From positions 15,471,615 to 15,535,614 of the forward strand of contig CAVNZM010000002.1 in assembly GCA_963693365.1 (NCBI GenBank): DNA of 64,000 nt. The letters are read 5' to 3'. The first letter of the stretch is position 1. The number at the start of each line of letters is the position of its first letter. The DNA comes from Amoebidium appalachense (Eukaryota > Protista > Ichthyosporea). This document shows positions 12,360 through 38,673 of this stretch, in pieces. The notes beneath the pieces are model-generated. The model did not search any database and was not told the DNA's origin. It saw only the letters and a list, made by a program, of their open reading frames with translations. Made by a program: the position numbers and the translations under genes.

Positions 12360-12889
12360 CCCCTTCTCCTCCCCCCCCCCCCCCCCCTTCCCCTCCTACC
12401 TTCTTTTCCCCCCCTTCCCCCCCCCCCCCCCCCCCCCCCCCCTGGCCAAACCCTGTATACACTCTTCTCATCAGCAGGTCTCTAACCCACTCTGCAGAAC
12501 GTTTTACGCATTTCTCCCCTCGGAGAACTTGGTCGTTGGTGCGTTTTTGTCTGACATCTAACGACTCTGCAGGGTCCCCTGAGACTACTGACACTCTAAC
12601 ATTCCCTCCCCTCTCTTACTTCCCCCCCCCCCCCCTCCCCCTTTCCCTCCTCCTTCCCCTCCCATTTTCTCTGCACACCCAACAGGTCTTAACCAGATCT
12701 GCACATCGTTAGTCACAATCTTCTCACATATATGAGAGAATGATCGTATTGGTACGATTTGTCTAATATCTGACGATTCTGCAGCATCCCTAAGACCCCC
12801 TCCCCCTCCCCTCCCCCTCCCCCCCCCCCCCCCCCCCCCCCCACCTTCTCTCTCTCTCTCTCTCCCTCTCTCCCCTCTCTCCCCCCCTC

Positions 12890-12974
<85 letters not shown>

Positions 12975-12979
12975 TTCCT

Positions 12980-13013
<34 letters not shown>

Positions 13014-13074
13014 GCGCCTGTTGTTTTGCTTGTCATTTGTTGTTCTGGTTGATTACCTGTAATCTTCGCTTATT

Positions 13075-13109
<35 letters not shown>

Positions 13110-13249
13110 TGTGCGGGGTTGCACATACCGGTGTCTACTTTTCTTCTTACTGTTTTTCTCTCCACACACTTCATCTGTCCACTTCTGCATACCCCCTTTC
13201 ATAGCTATAGACACACTTCACACATTGCGTTACGCGCACGCATGCACAC

Positions 13250-13910
13250 ACCGCTCTGTTGGCGACAGCTCCCTTGGAACCCATGCGGCATGTTACCCGC
13301 CGGCGTAACATAACTCGGACTATCGGTTTGGCTTTTTTCAAGCCCAAAGCAATGGGTGATACCATATTTCCGGCTGACATCCGGGGGCATAGCTTTCCGT
13401 TCGAAGACGATAAAGTTCCGCCCTAGTAAGCGTGTTACTACCCTGCGGCGTGGGTCAAATCTCATATTTTCCCCTCTGATTACGAATTCTGTGGCCTTCG
13501 GGACTTAATTCTTTTCAGCTGGTGTAGTATGTTAGCCAGGGAAGTATCGACTTAGGTATCGACGGGGGAGCTTCCTAGAAGCCCCGTCTCCTGAGTTCCT
13601 ATCTATATTTTTCTTGCTTCTGCTTACTGCTGCAACTTTAACCCCCGGCCTTTCCCACTGCCCTTGCCTGCATAAGCAACCCTGCTCGTCTCTGATCAAG
13701 ACGGGTGACCTACTCATGTTCAAGTGAAACAGTATCTGAGTTGGGTTTCGTTAACGAGGGGAATAGGTCGAAACTCGGGTACTGTGGATGACGTGGGCCC
13801 CCCCTGAGGATGGGCTCTGCTTATTATGCATACTCTTTATGTATGGCTTGCATTCTGCATCGTGTTATCCGTTTGTTCTTGTGTACTTCGTACTTTTTGG
13901 ACGCATTCAA

Positions 13911-13912
<2 letters not shown>
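13250..13912 (+). mobile_element. Poly(C)-associated Penelope-like element, longest copy B, with probable RT C-terminal remnant
   Basis: 13461-13912 matches copy A. The 5' extension encodes ..MRHVTRRRNITRTIGLAFFKPKAMGDTIFPADIRGHSFPFEDDKVPP* (13283-13426), resembling the PLE RT C-terminal 'iAy.rp.nl.d.l' motif. Followed by C36 then A19. The 5' boundary is approximate. Confidence 0.7.
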
Positions 13913-13951
<39 letters not shown>

Positions 13952-13953
13952 AA

Positions 13954-13985
<32 letters not shown>

Positions 13986-14591
13986 AAGAAAAACACTGCC
14001 AGCCCAGCCTCGGTATTCCCTAATCCTCCCAGTACCGTATTAGGCTTGTCAACAGCATCAATCATCATTATTTACAAAGGTATTAGTGACGCAATACATA
14101 CTGATGTCAACCTTTTAGAGGTGATTTATTTTATCCGATCAAACGGTGTGAACTCGTTCTCTTCGTTTCCATAAGCCAAATTGTTTACTCTGGGGGCGGG
14201 AAAGTCATTTGCACATGTGCGGGTGTTCATGTGGGCCACATGCGTGCTTGCAAGCGTGCATGTGAGTGAGTGAGTCGGACTGAGTGGCTGCGTGTGCGAG
14301 TGTGTGTAAGTGGAGTATTGCGCGCCCGCGTGTGTGTGTGTGTGTGTGGAAGAGGGGCGGAGGAAGAGGAGAGAGGGGGGAGGGGAGGGGGGGAAGGGTC
14401 TAAAGGTTGTCGTTTTAGTTGGGGCCCAACTCACGAGAATCACGGGGGGGGGGGGGGGGGGGGGGGGGGGAGGCTGAGAAGAGGGGAAACCTGATGGTTG
14501 TTTATTCATGGCCCAGTTCGAAGGATTCATAAGATCCATAGCACAATAAATTTAAACCCTGCCCAGTACTCTGGTTTTTTACATCATTCAC

Positions 14592-28780
<14,189 letters not shown>

Positions 28781-29634
28781 TATCGGTGTGATTTCTGTGT
28801 GCTCCTTGCAAGATGCTGCTAGTGTTTTCTGAGACAACTGGTGTTAAGAAAAGTTATGCTCGTTTGTCGTAGACTAGCTCATATAGGTGTGCACTACGTA
28901 AACCTTGTGACCTTCTGCCAGTTGCGATAAGGGTTCCCGCCAAGCGGGGTGAATAAAGACACGTTTCCCTAGTACGCATTGATCACGATGCCCTTGCTCG
29001 CACCGGTTCCCCACGAATGACCACCCAAAATAAGCCCGCACAATGTGTGTGTGTGTAATGGCCACGGCTGGCTTTAGAAGTCAACACGTACGGCGTGTGC
29101 GTGCGTGTGTGTGATGTGCATGTGTTCAGAAGGTCGAAGGTATAGGAGCAGAAGGTCGAAGGTATAGGAGCATCAGTATGCGAGCATAGCACAACTTATG
29201 TTTGAATTTTTGTGAAAGTTGTTATGTACAGTACTTACTTGCAAAAGTTTTGCACAGCATAAAATTTAACGTCGTTCAACTTGCACGTGCAATCGACATC
29301 GTGCTCATTCGAAAACCAGAAGTGACGCTGGTTGGTGGACCTAAACCCAAATATGGTGCATAACAATTTACATAGTTGGATTTGATTGGCTGTGGCGTCG
29401 TTGCCGTATTGGCCGAAAATTCCGCGTAGATGACGATACCCATGAGTTGACAAACTTTTTTCCATGGCAAATTTCATCAATAAAAAACGGATACATTTAT
29501 GACCTAACTTGCACACAATGTGTTTTTAACTTTATATTCATGAACCTCCATGAAATACTTGCTAGGCGCCTACCTCAAGCGCAAAGTGACGTGGGAATGC
29601 CGGGTTACTTGGCATTTTTTAGTAACGCTCAAAG

Positions 29635-29730
29635 CCAATCACAGGAAGCTTTGTTTTCCGAATATGGGCATCAATAACCACCGACCAATCCAAAATACGC
29701 ACCAACATTCCTTCATGGTCCGTATATAAA
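29635..29730 (+). promoter_or_regulatory. Putative CCAAT + TATA promoter of beta-helix gene 1
   Basis: CCAAT at ~29636 and 29685, TATATAAA at 29723-30, ~100 nt before the ATG. The paralog has a similar CCAAT (44917) / TATATAA (44951) spacing. Confidence 0.4.
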
Positions 29731-29827
29731 GAGTCCAAGTCGGTCAACGTCGCACTCAAAACGACACTCTTCAGCTGAACACGCGATTCTTTAGACTTCA
29801 CATCCTATACACAAAGAGGGCACAAGC

Positions 29828-31231
29828 ATGCATCAAAAGACCTTAGGCGCCGTTTTAGCGGCGCTATGTGCTGCCCAAGCCGTCCACGCAGTTTCTGTTC
29901 TTAGCCCTAGTGACACACGTGCCCGCTATGTTCACCTGCACCCACGCAGCATCCCCAACACCACACCTGCACCGCAAGTTCCCGAATATGATCCCCAGTC
30001 CCAAACCTCAAATGCAGTTGACGGTAACGAAGGTGTATCTGAGCGAACGTCGCAGCTTAATTTGAAATCGCACGGTCTGGCGGGGTGTGGTGCAGGGTGT
30101 GCTGTGTCTGCTTCGGGCAGTTGTTATGACAGCCTTGCTGCAGCTATTTCCGCTTCCCCTTCCGGTGGCACAGTCGAAATCGCCTCAGACATCACCGTCA
30201 CATCCCAGATTACCTTCAGCAAAGACATCTCGCTCGTGGGCTGCGGGTCCCCGTCTGTGAACGCAGCGTTTTCCGGCCAACCCACAGACGCAGCCATTCT
30301 TCGTGCAACGGGTGCTGGGCAGAGCATTACCCTCCGCAACATCAACTTCAGACGTACAGGGTCCGGCCTGGCCTCCGCGCTGCGCACACCGGAACTCGGG
30401 TCTGGTGCAAGTGCACAGAGCCCAAGCACCTCCGTCGATGTAACAATCGAGGACTGCTCGTTTTCGAATTTCCGTGTGGAGGCTCGTGGTGGCGCTGCGG
30501 TTTTCCTTGGGAGCGTGACTGGGCTTCGTGTTTCTGGGTCCGAATTTACCGGAAATCATGTGCAAAAATGGGGCACACACTACGACGGTGGTGGTGCTTT
30601 GTGGTTGTTCAGTATTAACGGGAACGCTGAGATCAAGGGCAACAAATTCAAAGACAACGTGCACGAATTTGAGCACAGTACGGGGGGTGCTATCGGAGTT
30701 TACGAAGTAAACAAGGGGCATTCTCTGGAAATTGACGGCAACTTTTACGGGAATAAGGCTGCCGGCGGAGGCGCCGTGTACATTGGCACGGTTCGTCAGG
30801 GTGCCCATGCAAGTATTTCCGGTGACTTCAGCGGCAATACGGCGGTGGACAAGGGGTGGGGGTCACGTGGTGGTGCCCTATGGCTGCAGTTTGTGTGCGG
30901 GCCCACGGAAGTTTCGGGAAGTTTCTCGAACAATCAAGCGCCAAACGATCGCGGGGGCGCCATTGCAAACAATCGCATGACTGGGAAGTTGACTATTGAA
31001 GGCGACTTTGAGAACAACTTGAGCAAGTTGGACGGGAGCGTGTTTGATAGTGTGCATGGGTTTGAGCCTCTTTGGGGGGTAACTGAGGGTGATGATGGGT
31101 CGCTGAGACTTTCCGTTGATTTGAGTGGGAATAGGAATAAGGATGGGTCCGGTATCACAATTCGCATGGGTAGTGGCAAGCATGACGAGGCACTATATGG
31201 CAACGGGCACAAATCAGGCACGTACAGCTAG
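29828..31231 (+). CDS. Secreted right-handed beta-helix protein (pectin-lyase-like / Pmp-type GGA[I/V]-FxxN repeats), paralog 1
   Basis: Intronless 467-aa ORF with a hydrophobic signal peptide (MHQKTLGAVLAALCAAQAVHA) and repeated FxGN/FxNN and GGAL/GGAI/GGAV motifs; AATAAA at 31253. Confidence 0.85.
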   Translation: MHQKTLGAVLAALCAAQAVHAVSVLSPSDTRARYVHLHPRSIPNTTPAPQVPEYDPQSQTSNAVDGNEGVSERTSQLNLKSHGLAGCGAGCAVSASGSCYDSLAAAISASPSGGTVEIASDITVTSQITFSKDISLVGCGSPSVNAAFSGQPTDAAILRATGAGQSITLRNINFRRTGSGLASALRTPELGSGASAQSPSTSVDVTIEDCSFSNFRVEARGGAAVFLGSVTGLRVSGSEFTGNHVQKWGTHYDGGGALWLFSINGNAEIKGNKFKDNVHEFEHSTGGAIGVYEVNKGHSLEIDGNFYGNKAAGGGAVYIGTVRQGAHASISGDFSGNTAVDKGWGSRGGALWLQFVCGPTEVSGSFSNNQAPNDRGGAIANNRMTGKLTIEGDFENNLSKLDGSVFDSVHGFEPLWGVTEGDDGSLRLSVDLSGNRNKDGSGITIRMGSGKHDEALYGNGHKSGTYS

Positions 31232-31950
31232 TTTATTGTAGGCAATAGGTTGAATAAAATACTCTATCCCGTAACTTAAGAATCTATCTACGAACCATGA
31301 TTTCCGAATTTTTCACTGCCTTAATTCATGCGGCTGCATGGGCACATTATGTTGAGGCCATAAAGGTTGTCAAACCGTAGTACTTTGCATTGTGTTGTGC
31401 TGTTGTGTTGTCGCAAACGAATATTCTCTTTTGTTTTGCTCTTCTAAGACTTCTCCACACAGCACCCCTGCCTTTGAATTTATAGTGCCGGTGCCCTGGA
31501 AAGGGGGGGGGAGGGCAAAAACTGTCTACCTGGTGTAGCAGTTGCATTACATTAACCTCATCGTATGATGTCAGTTAGAAGATGACATTGTTAACGTTTG
31601 CACGCTGAAGACTTTTGCATGAGGTGCCTTATAAATGACCCTAAGGTTTGCACTGGTACACACCGCCCCCTCTCCCCCCCCTTCCTCCCCCGCGCCCCCC
31701 CCCCCCCCCCCCCCTCCCCATCCCCCCCCCCCCCCCCCCCCCCCCCCAACGTGTTCTTTCGACACACAGCAACAACCATCACCACCACCGACCATCCTCT
31801 TCCTTCTCCCCCCCCCCCCCCCCCCCCCCAACCCATATCCCCCCCCCCCTCCTCCCACAAAAAAAGAACCAATAGAATAGAATAAAAAATACATAACAAG
31901 CACACGCACGCGCATGCGCCACACACACACACACACACACTCTCTCCTCT

Positions 31951-32031
<81 letters not shown>

Positions 32032-32437
32032 ACTCACACTCACACTCATACTCATACTCATACTCATACTCATACTCACACTCACACTCACCCTCACACT
32101 CGCACTCACACTCGCTGTCACACACACACTCACTAACTGACTCACTAACAACGAAAGCCACAGTCTTCATATCACACCATTAATGTCAGCCTATTCAAGT
32201 CTTTCCATCAAGGTCGTTCTCGACCCCAGGCCTTTAAATATTTCCCTCCACCCCCGTAACGGTTACAGTAGTAGCTATACTAACTAACTAGTAGGTGTAC
32301 GCGGGTGGCTGGCAGGTGTTTGCACGCTGTCTCATTTGAATCACGTTGTGCACAAGTATCATTTAGCCCCCCGCCCCTCTCCCCCTTCTTCCTCTGCTCT
32401 CTCTCTTCTCTCTCTCTCTCTCTCTCTCCCCCTCCCC

Positions 32438-32472
<35 letters not shown>

Positions 32473-34074
32473 CCTCTCCCTCTCTCTCTCTCCCCCCCCC
32501 CCCCCCCCCTCTCCTTCTCTCCTCCTCCTCTCCCCCCCCCTCCCCCTACCCCCCCTCCTCCCAATATCCGTGCCTGTAACAGGCCCACTGGCATACATGA
32601 TATACATACATGAATATTGATAGCATTGAAGCACTACGAGCAAGCATAACCGGCGTCAATATATCCGGAGGCTTATATATGCATCCCGTGACCTGCGTGT
32701 GTGTGTAAATATTGTCAACTTAGCCGATCGATTCCATTCCAGAGCTACTAAGAGGGTAACCCCTTCCCCCCCCCCCCCCCCCCCCCCCCTCCCCCCCCTG
32801 CACCCCTCCACCCCCCACATCCTTCCCACCTTCCCTGCCTTCTTCTACTATCTGCCACCCCACGGTCCCCTGGCTTTGAAAACTGATTGAGGTACTTCGA
32901 ACTGGAACAGAGCGAGTTTGAACGTGTATCCTGGCACACAAGTCGTCTTAGTATTCTAGAATGATGAGGCCAACGGTAGATTCGGCCCTGTCTCCCCTGC
33001 CCCTCATCAAGCTCCCCTCCCACATCAACCCCGACGTGCATACATGCCCCCCCCCCTCCCCCCCCCCCCCTTCTCCCTGATCTCTCTCTTTCTCTAGCCT
33101 CGTCTCCTCCATGATCCCCCCCCCCCCTCCCCTCGGCCAAATAACAACTTGAATGAATAAATATCAAACCAAGAATTCAGCAAAACCGTGCTACAGCACA
33201 CCGTCACAAGCACTATGTAGTAGTGCTATGTAAGTAATTCCTTTGTGCATGGCAGTTACTCCCTGCCGACAGTGCACGGTAGCAAATTACAAAACCTCAC
33301 ACACATGGATATGTGCGCACGCAATTTAGTGCACACATATGTCACCGTGACGTACTTGTTCTCATGATCATACGCACACGCACGGTACCAGTGCGCACGT
33401 GCACAGCACACTGCCAGCCTGGGCCAGGTTGCAGGAGTACATACATGTGCACATATATACATACAGTGTACACTGGCGCTCACACACCACGTGCAAAAAT
33501 GCTCCCAGGGGCGCACATGAGTACACAAAAATACCTCCGGACGGCTCACACGTGTGTGGCGTAGGCCTGGGTCTCGTCCACTGGTGCAGTGCAGGGGTAG
33601 AAGCGCGGGTGACTCGGAGGATGTCAAGGCCTGGATGCACGACGTTCAACGGTACTATGTCAACAAAATCACAAGCAGCAGCAGCAGCACAAAGTATCTT
33701 AAAGCAATCTGTAATACTTCGTGTATATATCATCTCAAGTGAGCAAATGGGCCAGCATGCAAAGAGGGCGCTAGACAGGAACACTTCGAAGTCGACCGAG
33801 CTGCAGACTTAGCCCAGACCGCGGCGTTTGCAATTGCAGCCCTGAAATAAAGACAAATTGGGCTATTTTGAGGTTGAACGAGCGCTGATTGGTTATTTTC
33901 TGTAATCCACATACCGATGCTTTTGAATTGCTTTTATTAGTGACCGATGTCAGCTGGAACACGACAGACAAGCATTTGCAAAGAGTGTTTTCTCTTATCT
34001 TACTTCCAACTGTATGTGTGTTGCGCACTTTGCGCTGAGGCGATAAGAGTACTAGTAATCTGAGTAATAATAGA

Positions 34075-34920
34075 ATGAATCCGCTTTTCAGCCATGCGCT
34101 GGCTCTAAGTCTTCTCTGCTACACTCACACTCGAGCTGAAAGTGCAAGGAACCCAACACAGACGAGCCCTACCCTTACAACTGAGTTTGTCCCTGAACCA
34201 CGAATAGTCGGTGGTGAGGTGGTGCAAGCAACAACCTGGATTACATCCATTGGAAATCTCAACAGCAAGAACAAATACGATCACGTCTGTGGAGGAACAC
34301 TTATTGCACCGGACTGGGTTTTGACGGCAGCACATTGCTTCGACACTGGGCCAAGTGAACCACAAGCCAACTATGTTTATGTAGGGGGTCAGGACCTGCG
34401 CAGGCCAAACACCTTCAAGAAAGCGCGCATAGAAGAGGTCACAGTGCATCCCGGGTGGTACTCTGAAGCGGATGTGAACGATATAGCCGTTGTGCGCCTG
34501 GCCACCCCCATCGACAACACGCCCATCACCCTCAACGCAAATACAAGCCTGGACGTACCGGGAGGGACAGAAACCACTCCCGTGGCCTTGGGCTGGGGTG
34601 ACCTGAAAGATCGTTCTCACGAGGGCACGGATGTGCTGCACGGGGTGGAGCTGCCTTTGGTTCCATACAAGCGCTGTGAAGTCATATACGGATATCAGCC
34701 CGGTCGAAAAACACGACTGTGTGCAGGTGGGGTGTACGGAAAGGACACGTGCCAGGGGGACAGCGGGGGACCTTTGGTTTTGGGTGAAGGCAGCGATGCC
34801 GTGCAAATCGGGTTGGTCGCGTTTGGTGGAAAATGCGGGGCAAATCCTGCCGTGTACACCCGAGTGTCCAGCTATTTGTCGTGGTTGAAGAGCCTTGGTA
34901 TACCTTTCATAACAAATTAG
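34075..34920 (+). CDS. Secreted trypsin-like serine protease (S1A)
   Basis: Intronless 281 aa; signal peptide, R^IVGG activation site, CGGTLI, LTAAHC, NDIAVV, GKDTCQGDSGGP (Asp in S1 pocket), PAVYTRVS. Confidence 0.95.
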   Translation: MNPLFSHALALSLLCYTHTRAESARNPTQTSPTLTTEFVPEPRIVGGEVVQATTWITSIGNLNSKNKYDHVCGGTLIAPDWVLTAAHCFDTGPSEPQANYVYVGGQDLRRPNTFKKARIEEVTVHPGWYSEADVNDIAVVRLATPIDNTPITLNANTSLDVPGGTETTPVALGWGDLKDRSHEGTDVLHGVELPLVPYKRCEVIYGYQPGRKTRLCAGGVYGKDTCQGDSGGPLVLGEGSDAVQIGLVAFGGKCGANPAVYTRVSSYLSWLKSLGIPFITN

Positions 34921-36083
34921 CAACAACTTACAAGGAGTATATTTGCACAACCACACCAATGGCATCTGGCACAAATTCACACCGTAGCCCTTAAGTTGGA
35001 GTATGTTGCAATGTTGCGGAGTTATGTAACAATATAATTATGGTTATGGGAATGAACTTGTAACGATTACATCAGGCCACATAAAGCTGCGCGAATAACA
35101 TCACAGAACTGCGACCTCAGCGAATTTCAAAGGAAAGTCAGTTGGGACACCTGCATGCTAATAGAGAGTATAAAAATTGCTTTACTGTACTACTATAAGA
35201 GTATCGGCATCGGATATAATATCTTTCTGGGTCTGGAAAAAATCATTGACTACGTACGTGTACGAGAGCTTTTCCCCAAATAGCTTCTTATTCTGTGAAC
35301 TAAGATTAGTTATGCAGGTGGTGTCACGGTGTCATCATGTTGCGAGAACCATTGTCACCGGGTCACAATACGTAGCATCACATGTAAGTAGGATTGTATG
35401 ACTCAAAGCCACCAAGCTGTTTTTAGCAGCACTATATATGGCATTAAAACACATTCCTTGCGTAACGCAAGGATGTGCCTCACTTTTATAATCCACTTCT
35501 GGTTCGTCAACCGGGATCACTTTAGTTGACCCGTGGTGCTGTTTGAAAATGTTTGTGAAACACTGCTAAACTGAGCTAACCATAAAACACTGTGTATGGG
35601 TCGAAAGATTCGTGACGATTGCTTGTAACTACATTTGACTGGTTTGCTGCTTGAGGTGTCTCTACTTTGGACGGTTGTAGACGTGATGAATGCTTCTCAA
35701 ATCATGCCATTCACGAGTAGCACATGCAAGTAATGGGCATGTGATTTGGCCATACGTATGGTTGTCAATTACGAGAAGGTGGATAATGCAGGAACGAGAT
35801 GAATTGGCTGGCCCGGAGGTACCTGGTTCAAGATAAATTTGAATGCGAACAAAAAAAAAAAAGGGGGGGGGGGGGGGGGGGATTAGCAGGCGCACCAACG
35901 CGTATACTCGCTGAGAGGGGGGGGGGGGGGGGGGTTAGCCAATCAGGGATGAATATACGCTTAAGGGAACTAATAAGATGAAGCCTTTTGTCAAAACTTT
36001 TCTGCCTGATGTCGACCCCCCCCCCCCCCCCCCACCCCCTCCCCCCCTCCCCCCCCCTTCCCCCCCCCCCCCCCCCCTCCCCC

Positions 36084-36121
<38 letters not shown>

Positions 36122-36482
36122 ACATCAAGTTGGCGCACAAGAGTACTTGCACCCGTAGCGACATACGACACAACATTCACAAGCCTGTGATACATGTCAC
36201 ACAACAATACAGGCATTGCCGGGAGACGCCCTCCCCTCCCCCTCCTCCCCGCCGCCACCAACACTATATTAACATGGCCGCACACATGTTAACAGTTAAC
36301 CAACATTGGCACTTGCGAGCACGTCATGGACATTGTTTGTGGGGTCGAGCACGCATCCACACGTGAGCCCACGTAAACATTCACACGTACAGGGTTGGTG
36401 CGCGCGCACACCCACACACACGAACACACACACACAAACATGCATGCACGCACACACACACCCACACCCACACAGTACACAC

Positions 36483-36514
<32 letters not shown>

Positions 36515-36692
36515 GCACACACGCACATATTCACGCACCTAAGCACCGACACACGCGCACACACACACACGACACACAGACCCCACCCACACACACACAG
36601 ACCGTGAGACACATACACGCACACACACACATAAACATGCTCACACATGCTCACACACACACACGCACGCACGCACACACACAGTGTCACAC

Positions 36693-36726
<34 letters not shown>

Positions 36727-36762
36727 GCACCTAATTAACCACTATCATAGGATGTACGTATG

Positions 36763-37975
36763 CCGGCAAGACCAAGGCTATGTCCATACTAGCCGACCCC
36801 AGACTGCTCCCAGCCGAACGGAACCCCCTCAAGCTCAACAAGGGGCCCACACAGGCAACCATCGGGGCAGTCAGAGGAAACACTCGTAGCCTGTCCCTGG
36901 CCATGGGCACCCTGCCTACCATGGCACGGCTACACCGAGATCACCCCACCGTCGTTACACAGCCCACATGCCCCCGGTGCAGCCAGCACCCTGAGACCAC
37001 CACCCACCTCTGGGCCTGCCCGGCCCATGCCGGGGAAGTCCCCACCCTGACCACCGCCATCACAGCCTGCATCCACAACGTCCTGCACACTCGTCATCCA
37101 AACACCCCCACGGCACAGCACCACCATACGGCAGCCACGGTGGTAGACCAATGTGCATGGATAAACTGGATAGGAGGCAACGGTGACCCACCTGACCCCG
37201 AAGACACCAAGTGGGTCGAACATGGATTCTGCCCACGATCGGTGGGCCCACTACTTGCAGCCACCGGCACCACCAAGACCACCACCCGGGCCATCTTAGG
37301 AAAAATCACAGTAGAGTTGCAATCCTTTTTCTTTTCAAAAATTTGGCACCCACGGAACACAACACTCCCCCCCACCCACCCTAAAATGCAAAAACACCAC
37401 CATATACCCACCACCCGTAGAAAGAAAAGTATGGCTCTCCAAAAACCCAAAAAACCAACAAATACACCCCCCACACACACCCGGCCGGCCTGTTCTGAAT
37501 GCCGGAACACCCACAGACCCGGTGTGCCCTGTAAAACCCACCTTTTAGTCCACAAAAACATCGCCACAACATACGTACACCAACACATAATGTTAGGCAG
37601 CAACCCCCCACCACCACCACCACCACACCCCATCATCCACCCATACCCACCGTAAATATTATACACAACACCTAGGACTTCCCAATACTGTAGATCGACC
37701 AATGAGAGCCCTCGGTTAACGTTTATTGCTAGGTTTTGAATGGAGGGGAGGACTGGAGCCTCCTGCCGGCGTGGCTGGGGTAGTAGCCCTGGGCAAAGTG
37801 TGTACTTATAGTTAGGTTGTGAAGGATGGTTTAGCTTAGCTGAACTCATAGATAGCACCTTAACTAGTGTACTGTCGGTGCTGTGTGGTAGACGGTAGTT
37901 TCCCTAGAGGGCCTGAAAAGGCCCTCCGGGAACAAAACGTGATAAAATAAATAAAATAAAAAAAAATTAAAAAAA
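36763..37975 (+). mobile_element. 5'-truncated non-LTR retrotransposon (L1/Tx1-like) with 16-bp TSD
   Basis: ATAGGATGTACGTATG duplicated at 36747-62 and 37976-91; A-rich tail 37943-75; GAGGGCCT-GAAA-AGGCCCTC hairpin at 37907-26. Confidence 0.88.
36780..37655 (+). pseudogene. C-terminal remnant of LINE ORF2 (zf-RVT-like CCHC finger)
   Basis: GTLPTMARLHR...TCPRCSQHPETTTHLWACP matches the LPT..CxxC..ETxxHLxxC motif downstream of non-LTR reverse transcriptases. Confidence 0.8.
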
Positions 37976-38121
37976 ATAGGATGTACGTATGGGGTGGCTG
38001 AAATTTAGACCTTAGGCACTAGCTAGAGTCTTTGGAAATTGAGTGTTACAATATATATTTTACTCTAACCATAGTAGCCTTATGTTTTGTTTCTCCGTTG
38101 GTGGGTGCACCACCCCTACCA

Positions 38122-38673
38122 TTTTTTTATTTTATTTTTATATTTTATCCCGTTTCACTCCCGGCGAGGCACTGCCTCAGGGGAGCTTAACGTCTTCCGC
38201 CTAGACACAGATCGAACTGTATAGCACACTCATAAGTCACAGGATTCTAATTGACCCCAACTGGCACTATTTTTAGTTACGCCTTATCCCACGGTTCTAG
38301 CCGCAGCAACGCTAGTGGGGAAGACTTTTAACAACACCAGCCGGGGGCGACCCGGGACACATACACAAACATAAAGACTTGAAAGGGGAAGACCCCATGC
38401 CCAGGACGCTGACCCGAACCGTGGCCGGTGACTCGGATTGGTCTCCCACTTGAACGTTGGGCTGGGATGCCCAAGCGGCGCGCCACGTCATGTCTTGCGG
38501 CCGGATGATAACAAATTGGTGGTGTGCTGCACACGTGTGGTCTGGGGTGATGGCTTCTAGGGGGCGGCCAGACCGGTGGTGGTCGAGGCAGAAAAATCTT
38601 AAGTAACCAGGATCGATCCTGCGACTTTGAGCTTGACACGCAGAGATCTTACCATTGCACCTACCCGCCCCCC
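38122..38673 (-). mobile_element. tRNA-derived SINE (~550 bp) with 14-bp TSD and LINE-like 3' tail
   Basis: TSD CACCACCCCTACCA at 38108-21 and 38674-87. Minus-strand head GGGCGGGTAGGTGCAATGGTAAGATCTCTGCGTGTCAAGC..CAGGATCGATCCTG has A-box-like and B-box-like motifs and resembles tRNA-Asp(GTC). A-rich tail. Confidence 0.78.

Noticed and set aside
12440-12800. Recurring TCTAAC..TCTGCA motifs, possibly a decayed LRR gene on the minus strand
   Set aside because: No consistent frame or exon chain could be built.
34105-34980. 291-aa minus-strand ORF
   Set aside because: Antisense to the clear trypsin gene.
38600-38673. tRNA-Asp-like sequence on the minus strand
   Set aside because: The acceptor and anticodon stems do not pair properly, and it is the head of a TSD-flanked element, so it is called a SINE and not a tRNA gene.
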